Below, piece after piece: positions 27,101-40,938 of a stretch of 64,000 nt of DNA. The stretch spans positions 8,680,001 to 8,744,000 of the forward strand of contig CM022671.1 in assembly GCA_012295275.1 (NCBI GenBank), written 5' to 3'. The DNA is from Chrysomallon squamiferum (taxonomy: Eukaryota; Animalia; Mollusca). Below the pieces are notes generated by a model. That model was not told the origin of the DNA. It saw only the letters and a list, made by a program, of their open reading frames with translations, and did no database searches. The stretch's first letter is position 1, and the number at the start of each line of letters is the position of its first letter. The translations under genes were made by a program, and so were the position numbers.

Positions 27101-29619
27101 ATTTTTCAGATTAATTAACTAACTTTCATTATCTACTCTAAATTAATTATCTGTTGTTGCACATCACAGGTTCTGGAGGTAAAGCTGTAACTGTTTCAAC
27201 ACTGCCTTCATCACCACAGATTGTCACACCAGGAACAAAACCAGTTGTTACTTTACTTTCAAGTAAGCATTCACACTTCAGTTCAGTCTTTTCTTTTTCT
27301 TTTTTTTTATTTACTCTGCAAGTTAATCCATAACAGTATACTTAATCATATATAAAATTAATATTCTGTAATTTATTTAAAGGTTTATTATTATTTTATT
27401 TCTGTTGCCTCCATTTTAAACAGTTCAAATCATTAATATTTTTTAACATGCATTAACTGAGTTTTTAAAGTTAATATTTTTAATTAAAAATACTTGTGTT
27501 GTTCCACAGGTCAAGGTGGAAACATTTCAACAGCAGCAACTGCAAGTTCCACAATTCTGAATAACCCTGTTGTGAAAACTCCAGGTACATCAACCATTTC
27601 TCTAATAGCACAGCCATCATCAGGAATGACACCAACCTCGATTGTAACACGACAGATAATTGCAACGTCACATTCATCATTGGCTGGGACAGCGGGGAAG
27701 CCGGTTCAGATCACAATAACACCAGTGGGACAAAATGCAGCCCAAGTTCCAAAAACTGCAACAGTGACGACAATCACTACACAGCCTACAATCACAGAAG
27801 CTACTAGTGACGGACTCCAGCACGAAAGTGGTGAGGCCAGTGCAGGAGATTGTGGCAGGCCAGAAGGGTGTGGCACTCCTCCTCCAGGGGATTGTGGCAG
27901 ACCAGAAGGGTGTGGCACTCCTCCACCAGGAGATTGTGGCAGACCAGAAGGATGTGGCACTCCTCCTCCAGGGGATTGTGGCAGACCAGAAGGATGTGGC
28001 ACTCCTCCTCCAGGGGATTGTGGCAGGCCAGAAGGATGTGGCACTCCTCCTCCAGGGGATTGTGGCAGGCCAGAAGGATGTGGCACTCCTCCTCCAGGGG
28101 ATTGTGGCAGGCCAGAAGGGTGTGGCACTCCTCCTCCAGGAGATTGTGGCAGGCCAGAAGGGTGTGGAACACCCCCTTTAGAAAATGGAGAAGACAATCC
28201 TCAACAGCAAATGGATGAAGGTCAGGAAAATACAGCAACTAGTACAGAAGGTGGAGTGCTGGAGCAGTTACAAGGCACTCAAGCCTCTGGGACTGACAGT
28301 TCTAATGCAGACCAGCCAATGGAGGGTGTGGCATCAGACGCTGGCCCAGCTTCAGAAGCCACAACCTCAGAAACTGGACAGGGTGATGCTCCTGAACCTA
28401 TGGATACAAGTTTTGATCCTCATTTAAAGGTGAAGAAAGAAAGTGAAGATGGTTCGGGTGCACATCAGGAACATTCAGTAGAGAGTGCAGCTCAGCAGAA
28501 ACCAGTGTTAACAAGTGATAGTTCAGGTCAGTACAAACCATTGTTTTGATCACCTAAAGATAGTTTTGTTTGCTTATATGTCATCTTGGGATTCATAACC
28601 ACTAAAATTAGTTTACATTTGCAGTTTTAAAAGGTACCTTTATTATGAAAAATGAACACCAGAATTGTTGTTTGAATAAGACATGTACTAAAGGAATATA
28701 CATCAATTCTTTTCTTAAATTGCTAATTCCTTTATATGTTGTTAACCTTCAATTTTATTGTTTTAATAATATGTTAAATATCTATATTAATTATATTACC
28801 TTCAGATCCACTTGCAACATTAGCATCAGCTGCATCATCTTCAACACCAGCTATAACCACTGTCAAACAAGAACAGGATGTAGCTAATGGTGTAAAACCT
28901 GAAACTGATGTTAAACAGGTTTGTGAAAGAGTTTGACACTTTTTTTTAATTATTACTGAGTTCTGTTGTGTTCACTGATTTAATTTTTAAAATTTCACAC
29001 TAAATGATGATAAAATTGTAATATTAAAACTGAAAATTTAATTTTTATTATTGTTATTTTTTTATTATATTTTATTCTTAATAATGTATTTAACTATTCA
29101 GTTTTTAATTTATTTTGTGTTTTAGTTAACCTGTATTTGGTTTTGTAGGAAAAGAATGTAGCTGTAAAACGTGATGGCAACCAGTGGTATGATGTAGGAA
29201 TCATTAAAGGAACTACCTGCATTGTTTCTCATTATCATCTCCCATCTGAAGGAGCTCAGGGTAATGGTGATGTAAGTAATTTTTTTTTTTTAAATGTAAA
29301 CATACATAACATTAAGATAATCTGGCAGTTATATATATGTATGTATATATTTATAATGTAACTGAATATTATATTGTTATCTTATTATTGTTTGATTGCA
29401 TGGTGAATTGGTAAATAAAACTATTTTCTGACTGATGTAAATGTAATATGTATAAATATTTCAATATTTGTTTCTAAATTAATAAAATTTATGAAAACAC
29501 AAAACACTTTTTAATTTTTTTTTTTTTTAAAAGGCCATTTGTCTGGCAGGGGGAAATTTTATTATATTACTTTCAGCAACTTGTTGTAACAAACAATAAA
29601 AAAATACCTTATTTTGCCA

Positions 29620-29650
<31 letters not shown>

Positions 29651-31651
29651 AAAAAAAATTCAAAAAAAAAAAATGAATTATAGATCCCACATATAAACAC
29701 ATATATCCCACATATTTTATTAAATTATAATAAACAACTTTATGTTCAGGACATAGATGTGGTGAATGTCCCAGATCACAGTATTTTGAAAAGACAAGAG
29801 CTTCAGCCTGGCACAGCCTACAAATTCAGAGTGGCAGGAATCAATGCATGTGGCCGGGGACCTTTCAGTGAAGTGTCCGCATTTAAAACATGTCTGCCTG
29901 GCTTCCCAGGAGCACCTTCAGCAATTAAAATAAGCAAGGTAACTATTCACTTCTGCAGTTCTTAACTGCAGAGTTAAGTGATTACAGAATTGTAGATAAG
30001 TTTTGTAAGAAAATATTGCTATTCTAGAAAATTATTTAACTGTTCGATTACTTTTTATAATGATTTAATATTTATTTGTGACATACTTAATTGTTATCTG
30101 TAATATTTTATTGTTATTACAGTACCTGTCATAACTGCTACCTGTGTTCTGATTTATTTATTTTGTTTCTTTGCTGTAGTATAATTACTTCGTGAAGATA
30201 TGGAAATATTTTTTGTTTTCCTTAACTTTTACCACTGCTTGACATTGAGTAATTATTACTGTTAAAATATTTTGAAATACTGTTAAGAAAATATTCATTT
30301 TTTTACAAAAAAGTACAGTATCAGCTAATACAGACATTTTGTTAATTTAAGTTTTACTTTTTGAGTCATAAAAGCCTTCTTTTTTTTTTTAAATATTTAT
30401 TTTCTGCATAATATGAAACATTTAGTTTTTAACAACTTGTAACTAAAAGTAATGTAATTTTACAGAGTACAGAAGGTGCACATTTGTCGTGGGAGCCTCC
30501 ACAGAACACAGCTGGAAAAATAACTGAATATTCTGTGTACCTAGCAGTTCGGAATGCTGCAGCTACAGAACAGAAACCCGGAACTCCAGCTCAGTTAGCA
30601 TTTGTGCGTGTTTACTGTGGTCCGAATCCATCGTGTGTTGTCACAACAGCCAGTCTGGCTTCAGCCCATATAGACTTTACAACAAAGCCTGCCATCATCT
30701 TCCGAATTGCAGCTAGAAATGAGAAAGGTTATGGACCTGCAACACAAGTCAGGTGGTTGCAAGGTGAGACCAATAAAAATTGAAGAGTTAAAGAAGGTTC
30801 AGAGATAAGCTATGTGTGAAAAATAATGAACAATTAGAATAATAAAGTGATGTTACTGAATTGGATTAAATTTTGTAATTTGTATCCAGATGTTATTTGC
30901 CATTGTTTTTTATTTCATGTGTTTAAACAAATGATGAAAACAGCAACAGTAAGAAATACATAATCACAACATTTATTTTTATTAGTTTTTTACATAATTA
31001 TTTATCTAATCTGTCAACTCTTCAAATAAATTAAGCTTATTCCACCTGCCCAGAGAATGACTTTAAAGAGTTTGGACTAATTTTAACTTTAACCAGCAAA
31101 TTAATATGAATTAATTTTTATTTTAAAGTAGGATTATAGTCTCATAAATGCTCCTTTATTTTTCTCCAGATGCCAACCAAACAGCTACAAGTTCCAAAGT
31201 TGCAGTTAAAAGGGTTATTCCTTATGGGTGAGTTCTTCCAGTAAGAACAGAATCTGAAATCTTTTAGTCGTAAAATATGTAGGACTTCTCTGAAAGCCAG
31301 ATATATTTTCAATTTAAAAACAAATAAAAAATAAAATATTTAATTTCTACATGTATGTATATATATATTTTATTTTTTTCATATTGCTTCTTTAATATTT
31401 CATCTCTTTTCTTCTGTATTAATTTGTAAGATATAGTTTTTATTATTATTAAACTGCTTCTGTTAGTAATTGTATCAAAAGCAAGAATTCAATTTTCAAT
31501 TTTTAATTAACCAGTATAACCTTTTACCAATCCATTTAAAATTTTATTAAGCTTGAAATTCAAAATAAATATATTATTTATTTCCAGGAAGCCAACAGTA
31601 TCAGCTCAAGACAGTGCTATAAAGAAAATCAAAACTGAAGATGAAGGCTAG
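18143..31651 (+). CDS. HCFC1: Host cell factor 1 (Kelch domain, FN3, basic region, Cys-rich repeat, acidic region, C-terminal FN3, NLS)
   Basis: 22 exons in consistent phase: 18143-18302, 19796-20017, 20486-20573, 20781-20989, 21311-21502, 21731-21876, 22032-22065, 22324-22551, 22959(or 22962)-23036, 24725-24840, 25156-25339, 25610-25788, 26142-26288, 26585-26849, 27170-27262, 27510-28526, 28806-28918, 29149-29271, 29750-29938, 30466-30763, 31170-31227, 31588-31651. Diagnostic peptides: [120 protein letters not shown]. Confidence 0.97.
18333..18780. promoter_or_regulatory. Cluster of YY1-type (and E2F-like) motifs in HCFC1 intron 1
   Basis: AAAATGGCG 18333-18341, CAAGATGGCGGC 18524-18535, GCCGCCAT 18713-18720 overlapping ATAATGGCGTC 18719-18729, GGCCATTTT 18772-18780. 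E2F-like TTGCGCGCAA 18730-18739 and TCCCGCC 18746-18752. All sit in otherwise CpG-poor AT-rich DNA. Confidence 0.7.
27845..28180 (+). repeat. Coding tandem repeat, 8 x 42 bp, encoding ([14 protein letters not shown])8 in HCFC1 exon 16
   Basis: Eight in-frame units within the 27510-28526 exon. The last unit ends TPPL. Confidence 0.97.
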
Positions 31652-34600
31652 TCTTACAGGATTGATTCAATTCATCGTTGTCATTTGTTAACATTTTGCT
31701 GATTTCTTTTTTTTTCATTGGTTAAGTGGAATGGGCAGACAGAACACAACTTAGACTTTGCTTGGTGTCAGGAAAATTTCTCTTTGTTGTAAACTTCTTT
31801 TGTAGGTAGCGGTTTTCCTGTACATGTTTGTAAGGACTTTGTAAAAGGTGTTTTGGTGTATCTAAATATATTTTAAAAGGTTAAAAATCAATGAGAAAAT
31901 GTTTTAAATGGGTGTTAAAAATAGAGCATTGTGAAAGGCAGTGTTAGGATTTAATAGAGAATGGAAATTTTGACAGGCTTTATTAAAAGTTACATGCTGC
32001 AGGGAATCTAAAAGTCTTTGGGACCTTGTTATATATAATACACAAATTCTTATGGAATGACAGGCAGAATTGTAACAATGCACTAGATATGTTTAAGAAC
32101 AAATAATATTTTATCATCTTTTTATAGGTGTTGACTTCACCTAAAACTATTGAAAATTAGCTGCCTTTCACTTAACTACTGAAAGATCAAATCGGTAAAA
32201 CCATTAATTCTTCATTCCTTGTTTATATACACGTTTCAGATGGTTTTCATACTACATTGTAATTATATATCTACCCATGAACATTTCTTTCTACCACCAC
32301 TACAGTTATTTATATCAAAACACATGATTTTTTAAACATTTTTTCCTCACATTTACATTGTTTCTATGTATTAGTACATAATGATTAATTAGAATTTAGT
32401 AGCTTTTTAGCAGGATGTAATTAGAGATCTTATTATTAAACTAAACTGCTTTCAAGTATATGTTGTCTTGTATTAGGACACTGAAATGAATGTGTCATGT
32501 CTGGTGGGAGAAATCATTTCATTGATCTATCCCCAGAAAGTAATGTTACAAATTTAAATGTGTTTTCTTTAATATAATACTTATACTTATTGGTTTAAAT
32601 TAGTTCTTTTCTAGTATCAAAAGTTCAATTGATTAAATTAACACTTTGTCTCCAGGATTCTTTTAAAATATTTTAAGAAAATTAAAATTATATCTGTAAT
32701 TAAATAAAGAAATATTTGATAGTTGGCATTGATTCATGAAAACATCATATGTATCAAAATTCAGTATTGGGCATTCCTTGAATCTGTATTCAAAGTATAT
32801 TTAAAAAAAAGTATTTTTACTTGCAAATTATTTTTTTAAGAAAAAGGAAGAAAGAACATTTATGAAGAAAATGAAAAAACAAACTTTCTCAGATGTTAAA
32901 AGAGAAAAACTGTTATGCCATATTTCATTTTCATTTAACATGTTTTATACTTCATTCTCTTTAGGAATGTAGATCTGTCCATATGTATAATAAATGTCAT
33001 TTCCATTAACCTTTGTAAATATTCTCATAATCTGTCTTAATAATCCATTTTTGATTTTTTAGTATTTTATTACATAGCTGTATAGCTGTATGGTGTATAT
33101 ATACATTTAAAAAAAAAAATACATTTACATGCGTATAATGAGATTGGAGCAAGACCATGTTCATAGTTAAGCATAAACTTGACTCATTGAATGAAATCAA
33201 CATTGGTCCCTTGATGATTTGTGAACAGAATAGGTGAGGGAGACTTTTAAAGGAACAAATGTTAAGACATTGTGAAATTTGTTTTTTAATTATTATTATT
33301 GTTATTATTACCCAAAGTGCATATGCAAATATAGCTTATTCTTAGTATGATATTAAATCCTTTGGTATTAAAGAAGTATACACTCTAGAAGATGACACAC
33401 AAAAGCAAGTGTACAGTAAAGAGTCCTGTCTTTTATAATATTGCAAAATCTTCATGTCACTAAAAACTTACTTTAAACCGCATTATACATGCAGAATTTC
33501 TTTTACATTTAAATTTGGAAACACCCCCACCTAAAAAAAAAAAAATATATCTTATAAATATTTTGATAGTATGTTTCATAGGAAGATCAATTTTGAAAAG
33601 ATGAAGAAAAATGATTTTAAATTGTTTGAAAATAATGTACGTTATTGTAGTTATTTTCTGTTGTATAAATAAAACAACACTGCTGCCCAAAGCAAATATA
33701 AAGTGAGAAATGTTATTTATTCTGTGAGTCAAATGTGCCTTTTTATTTCTGTTGGTTATTTACTTTCTTATTTAACAATGCAAAACAAAAAGATATGTGG
33801 TGTAAAGTAATTGATTTATTGTTGCTTATTACCAAAGATGATATATGCCTCAAATACAAATGAAATTTTTAAAGTTTTGTAGCATTTATATCCTCTAAAT
33901 GGTTGTCTGTTTTCTTTTTTATTATTTTTATTTATTTATTGTAATTATAAAAAAAAGAAGAAAAAGAACAAACGTTTTAACATTACTAGAGCACCATGAC
34001 CAGTTTCCTCTTGTCAGCTTGTGTGTCAGACACACTTAAAATTTCATATATTGAAACTACTTTTTTTTTCTTTTTCTTCTTTTTTCATTTAAGAACATTT
34101 TATCATAGAATAGTGTACCAGTTACTGGGTTTTTTTATTAGATTATGTCACTGAAACTACTAGACAATGAAATTTAAAAAAAGCAAATTTTTTCCAATGA
34201 AATGAAAATTATACTAATTGTTAATGAAATAAATAAGCCATTGAAGAAGATAGGATAATGAATTCAATATTTTATATTTTTATTTTACCTTTTAAATGGT
34301 TAAAGATGGGTGAGGGATTGGAAGTGCAATGTGTTGAACTTATTCATTAAGCATATTCATTCCCATTTACACAAATCTGTCTTATAACATTAATTGTTCC
34401 TGTTGTTTTTTATATAAGTGCATCTGTCATTTTAATCAAAAACTACATAAGCCAATCTCACTATCTCTTATGTGTATTTAAATAAAATATCTTAATTTTA
34501 TTTCTTCCTTGTTGTCATTTGTGTGTGTTCTTGTGTTGGTTTTTTGTATCAAATCATCTTGGAGATTGACTTTGACTTTCATGCCAAGGATATTGGAGTA

Positions 34601-34722
34601 CATTTCAAAATGATTGCTGCTGTGAGGAATTTTACACTAAATATTTTATGAAAACTTAAGTGGGGAACATATTGTGTGTGACTCACATGTGTGCTAAATT
34701 CCATTTTAAACTTGTTAACCTG

Positions 34723-34757
<35 letters not shown>

Positions 34758-35997
34758 AATTGGCATCTTAATTTAACCTAAAATCAGAAGTAACTTTAAT
34801 AGTTTTGTGGTCAAGTTTTACATTTTTCTGGATATTGGAATCCCTCAAAATGCTTGATAATCACATTTCTTGGATACAAATAAGAACCAGTTCCAAGTTT
34901 GTAAGCAAAACCAAACTTAATGATGAGAATGTTTTTAATAATTAAGAAAACCCAATTAAATTCAATACATTAATGATTTATTGACATGGAAAAGTAAAAA
35001 ATACAAAATATAAAAATACCAATAAATATTTATAAAAAAAAAATTAAAAGACCTAAAAAGATAACTTTTTCTTCAGATGAAAATGAAAAATTAAGACACA
35101 TGATATTTATGTTTAAAAGAATAAACTTTACATTTACATTCATGACTACTCCTTTTTTGGAAAATAAAATTTTTACACAGCTCATGTTAAAATGTGTTCA
35201 TTTGTAAATTGCACATTTTCATTTCTGATACTTTGAGTTAAATGGTATCAATAAATAAAAATTCTTTATTTTTAACAATAAATTCAGCTTAAGTAACATA
35301 TAATCACCAATATCATCAATTATTATCCTTAAAAGCAAGATATAAATTACTAGCACTGTTATATGTAAAACATTTTAAACATTACCAAGGCACTTTGCTC
35401 GGTTTCTTGCTTTCTACAACTTAAATACAACTTTGTTTTTCAAAACCACAGTCATATATAAGCAATATATATATAAAGATAAAGATTACAGATATATATA
35501 TATGTGTGTGTGTGTAATCTTTATCTTTTGTTTTAAAAATTCTTCAATTACAATAAAATAAAGGAATTTATTTTATAATTACAATAAAATAAACATTTTA
35601 TAAATGTACAAATATGAGAATTAAAATTATTACAAATATATAAAATTAAAAAAGTCTGTGACCACAGTAAACAATACCAGATATAAAAATTAACCAATAA
35701 GTCTTGGGTGTCACATAAAAATAACATTTAAAAAAAAAAAAACAACAAAAACACCACCCGAGCACATTTTACATTAATAAATTAATTCTGAAATTCTTAA
35801 TAAAACAACAAAACCCCCACCCCAGCACATTTTAAATTTCTTTTTAAGTAATAAATTAATTCTGAATTTCTTAATAAAAATTAATACACATTAAATAATA
35901 CTTTTTAAATATATATTTTTTTCAAAAACCCTGTAAATAAAATGAACACAATGTCATAAAACAAATCAGAGATTATAAATCGTTGATCATTTTTCTT

Positions 35998-37482
35998 CTA
36001 ATCATAGCACGAGCTAAAATACTGTTTTTGTAGGCCAGCTGTTCTAACTGCCGAACTGTTCGAGAAAAACTTCTTGGAGATTCTACTTGTAAGGCAGGAT
36101 TTGAATCTTGTGTTATATTTATGGGTTTCCTTGGCCGTAAGAAATATTTTTACTATGTTCTCTGTTTTCTGATGTATTCTAAAAAAAAATAGTAAATAAT
36201 TATAATAAAATAACAATAAGTTTTTAAAAGTTACACATTTAAACTAATTACATATTACAGAAGTAATTAATTTTTTTAAATTATTAATTAATTTTTTTTT
36301 CTAAATATTTACATCTTTCTGACAATACATTCTTGTCAGAATGATAAAATATTTATTATTCAATATTTGTTTATCACAATATTTTGAATGCAAAAAACTT
36401 AAGAACTGAGAATTTAAAAGAAAAACAAAAATTGTTTTGAAGTCTCATTAATTAAGAATGTTTTATAAAAAAAAAAACCTGCAAAAAACAATCAGTATTA
36501 TTTAGGTATTTTTAATGTAATTCAGTTTCAATATATATTACAACAGAAGAAAAAAAAAATCTTTTTGATTTAAAACATGCCTGAACTGGAGTTGAACATC
36601 TGCTACTTCTGGTTCTTGAAACTTAAAGAAAATTAAAAATTGGAGTAATATTAATGGAATACAATACTACAAGATGAATAAAGATCTAGTCCCACTTGCT
36701 TCTGGATTTTTTAAGATGAAAAATACCAAGATCTGTTGTCTTATATTTTAAACAATAATTAGTTTGCCATTTCATTTTAGTCTGTTTTTTAATCCAACCA
36801 TAAAATGCAAATAATTTTATACTGATAAAAGATGTTTTCATTTTATTCCAAATTACTACTGTAATCATTATTTTATGTTGTCTTTCTGGTTGCTTTTTAT
36901 TTTATATTTAAAAAATAAATAAATAATAATAATAATAAAAACAGAACTTTACCAAGTTAAAATATAATTTCAAGCAATTCCTAAAAATGTATGGTTTAAA
37001 AAATAGCATCAGTTTGTAAGTATTTTTCATTATTAAAGTTCACTAAACCAATTATTTTAAAATTCAAATGATAAATAAATAGCAAAAATAATTAGAAGAA
37101 GAAGAACTATTTTAATAATTAATATTTTACCTGAAGATGGACTTTTAAAATACCCAGTGGTGATCCAGGACTGTATGCTATTGGACATCTCTCGGACTGG
37201 CGTTGCCTGTCGTAGATCATGTAACTCACTGAGCAGACTGGACTTAGAGTCTGGTGTTTCTGTGAGTGTCGTGCACCAGCTGTCTGTGTCAGACTCACTG
37301 TTCCGTTCATCAACAATGAAAGTCTTGTCCGAGTCGTCATCATCGTTAGAGTCTGACTCGCCACTACTGAGTGCTGAATCAGAGGACGTGTCACTGGTTG
37401 CTGATACAAAACAAATTAAAATTTCACTGTCTGAATAATATTTATTCTTTTTAAATAGTTAATATATTAAAATGATGTTGTT

Positions 37483-37516
<34 letters not shown>

Positions 37517-39561
37517 GTTGGTTTCTAAATTACTGGTATATTTAAAAATTACCAAGATTCATGAATTCCTTTACAATTTTAATAAAGATATATATTTTTT
37601 TTAATTTAAAGGATTTCAGTTTAATATTTTTCATTAATGGGCCAAAAAAAGGTTTATTTATAATATTTGATGTCATTAAAATCTAGAAAATTCAAAATGC
37701 CAGTTTTTTAAAAACCCAGTAACAACAATTTAAAAAAAAAAAATATTTTCCTGTAATGTATTAAGATGCTATATATATATATATATATACAAAAAACAAA
37801 ATACATCAAATGTATTTATGAATAAAGCCAAAGAGTATTAATTAGGAATTAATGTCATATGAATCACTGAAAAAGAACGAGTACTCACATTTGGTTGAAT
37901 TTTGCTGTGAACCAGAAATTGCAGCTTTTTCATTCAAAATACTCTTAAAGTTAGATGATCCTGAAATCAATTATTCTTTATTTAGAAAATGCAGACAAAA
38001 TACTTAAAATTTTCAAAATTCATATTTGTTTTAAGACATAATGAAAAAATAGGCATACAACCTTTATCTCTCTTAATATATATGGATAAATTTTCTAATT
38101 TTCAAAATAACAACTGATTTAGCATTGAAGTTTGTCTTTGAAGTATTTATAACATCTGAATGTGATAGATAAAAAAAATGAAGACAATTTAAACTCTACT
38201 ATTATATATCCTTATGATAAATGACACCAAATATTAAAAAACAAATAAACAAAAACAACCTCCCTCACAAAACAAATACTGAAAAATACAAACCAAGCAT
38301 AAGTTTCTGAAGATCTGAATTCTGTTTCCTGATTTCCACTAGAAGCTGGTTATTCTGTATGGCTAAATCTTTATACATGTAGGCACTGACCATCAACACA
38401 AGAATTGCTACAACTGTCGATATCTTCCTACAAATTCTTTGCAGAGTGTAAAGTGCTTTCTAACAACAGAAGAAAAAACGATTTTTATAATACAAAAATC
38501 ACACATGAAAGTTACACATATGCATACATGCACAGTTATATATTCTTATTTCAAGAACAATCACTATATAATAAAATCTTTTACATTTAAAGCAATAACA
38601 ATTTTCAAATAAATGTCTTTAAGAAAAGAATGTAAAATCATACTGAGCTACAATAAAAAAATACCTCATCATTTTCAAATCCAGTTTCATTATTCTGGTG
38701 AAAGCCAAGATACCAAGGAACAAGAAGTTGTTCTACCAACATATTCACTGTCATTATACCGAACAACCAGAATCTTGCACCACTCGTCCTAGAGGTTGAC
38801 GTCAATATGTAGGACACCAAGATACTCAGTGTGTAATATATCACTGAGTAGAACCCAGAAAATTCACCCAGCACCATATTCTGTAATTTAGAAATGCGAT
38901 CAAAGACGTCTGTGATGAGCATTCTCTGTTCCTGTGTGGTTTTCTTGAAGTCTTCAAACATGCTGTGGATGTTGTCAGACGACTGCGAGATGACGTCACT
39001 AAGGTTTGCAGCATTCTTTAGTATTTCTTCCTGAGTTTCCATGCTCTTGTTCTGCTGTTTCAACAACTCATTCTGTAGACTGTAGGATTCTTCAAGCTTC
39101 GAGGCAACATGGGATGAACTGACTGACAAGCGGTCGATGGTTGTCTCAGTCTGTTCATGCCACACTTGTGCCTGGAGAAAATAGCAGATATTTTGAGTGT
39201 GGGTGAAAAAAGTTGTAAAAGAACCACGATCTACATCTTTCATATTTGCTGTGCATTTGTGAACAGATTCTGACAGGTCACACTCGTACACATCCTGACC
39301 CTGGAGTTCAAGAAAGCAGTTCAAGTAGGCTAAAGCCAGTCTGCTCTGAACATCATCTGTCAAATGTTTACATCCTGTCTGGATGGTAACCATAGCATTC
39401 TTCCAACAGGTTCCGTAACGTGGCATCTCTGATCTTTGTTGCATAAGTTCATATTCCTGTTTTCCTGCTTTTACTCTGGCAGTGTCGATTGTTTCAAAAG
39501 TACACCAACAGATTCCAGATAAAAGGAAAATGAAAAAGTAATTCACAAATAAATTATCCAT
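35998..39561 (-). CDS. Brambleberry/GEX1/KAR5-family nuclear membrane fusion protein
   Basis: Signal peptide, then the Cys-rich domain CWKNAMVTIQTGCKHLTDDVQSRLALAYLNCFLELQG...YEC...C...FTTFFTHTQNICYFLQAQVW, a coiled coil and three hydrophobic segments. Exons: 39561-38665, 38459-38294, 37960-37889, 37400-37131. The last two exons (36621-36581 and ~36178/36168-35998) are tentative. Confidence 0.82.
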
Positions 39562-39717
39562 TGATGTGCTGAAAAATAAAGTTACAATAATTAATAAAAT
39601 ATATCTGATTTGACCAAATACAGTATTTTTTCTTTTGTTTTTAAATATACAATTATCATTTTATTATATTTATTCCAATTCATTTCTGTTTACAGTTATA
39701 AATACACTGGTTAAGCT

Positions 39718-40938
39718 CAGGGGCATAGCCACGTTCCAAAGTTAGGGGGAGTGAGCATATATATATATAAAAAAAAATGTGTCATGACATATACCAAACA
39801 ATTTTTAACTCATTGTTGACAGATTATAAATTTGGGTTTAAAACTGAAACACAAGGAAGATACAGTTTTAAAGGAAGTACATAACTGTTATTTTGTATTT
39901 AAAATAAATAAAAAAACAATAAAAAGTTTTACAGTAAGCTCATAACTCTCAATTATTTAATTAATTTAATTTAAAATGTAAAATGAAAAGAAAACAAAGC
40001 ATTGTGAAAAATGTATAATGAAGGAACTACAACAAACTTTTTTGTCTACGCTCTCATTCAAGTTATCTGTAACTTCTTTATAATCTGAGTAGCCAGCTGT
40101 CTTTCAATGGAAAGCAAAGCAAACCCAGACAGTCCATCCTCGACCTTTGTAGAACAAAGAATTGTTTGAAAGGATTGTTCAGCAATTGCACTAGTTATTG
40201 GTAAGGCCAGAAAACTGTTGTACAGTGTGGACAGGTTAGGATAAATCAAATACATGTCATTGGCTATCCTGAATTTAAGTACAGAAGTCAGTTTCTCAGT
40301 ACTCGAATGCCAGGATCATTTTACATTACTTTGTAAATTATATTTTTTACTTTGTTCAAAGAATTGTTTTATTTCTAGATCTGTTGAATTAATAGAGGTT
40401 TTAAAACAAAGGATAAAAGTTCCCTCTCTTTCTTTTTTATTCCTAGTGATCTTTATTTATTTTTATCATGTCTTTGAATGAAATAAACATTTGAACGATT
40501 TGTTTATATGTCAATGACGTATGAGTAAAAATTATATTTGTTCACATTATCTGCACTGTCAAAATGCTTTGGATATAAAACACTAAATTTACGTTGCCTG
40601 TGCTGCCTGTTTTCCGTACTAATAATCACAGAGTTTATGACATCTGGGTTTGTTTCGGTTCTTCAGGTGTCAGCGGCGACCTACACACCAACACATCACA
40701 GAAGATTAAGAAGACAGTTCAAAAACACGCGAGGTTTGGTAAAATAAAGTAATGACTCCACAAAGTTCTTCCATGGCCATGCGATTTACAAAATAAAACA
40801 AAAAAACAATAACAAGTTAATTAAAGAGTTTTAAAAACAATTGTTGAAAAAGCGCCAAATTTTAGAAATGTGTTCGGGGGAAGGGGGATCGGTCGCCCAG
40901 TTGCTCACCTATTAGTATCAGTATTAGCTATGCCACTA
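39718..40938 (-). mobile_element. Internally deleted hAT-superfamily DNA transposon with transposase C-terminal (hATC) remnant
   Basis: TIRs caggggcatagc (39718) and gctatgccacta (ends 40938; reverse complement tagtggcatagc). 8-bp TSD gttaagct (39710-39717) and gttatgct (40939-40946). Minus-strand remnant 40058-40255 YPNLSTLYNSFLALPITSAIAEQSF...LSGFALLSIER resembles the hAT dimerisation domain. Confidence 0.85.

Noticed and set aside
27706-28238. Four alternative-frame or antisense ORFs over the 42-bp repeat
   Set aside because: They are by-products of a stop-free tandem repeat. Only the HCFC1 frame joins the flanking exons and shows a synonymous substitution pattern.
37157-37438. Plus-strand 93-aa ORF
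   Set aside because: It is the antisense of the brambleberry-like exon 37400-37131.
38062-38155. Possible extra exon of the brambleberry-like gene
   Set aside because: The flanking exons already join in frame without it, and no phase-compatible strong donor was seen.
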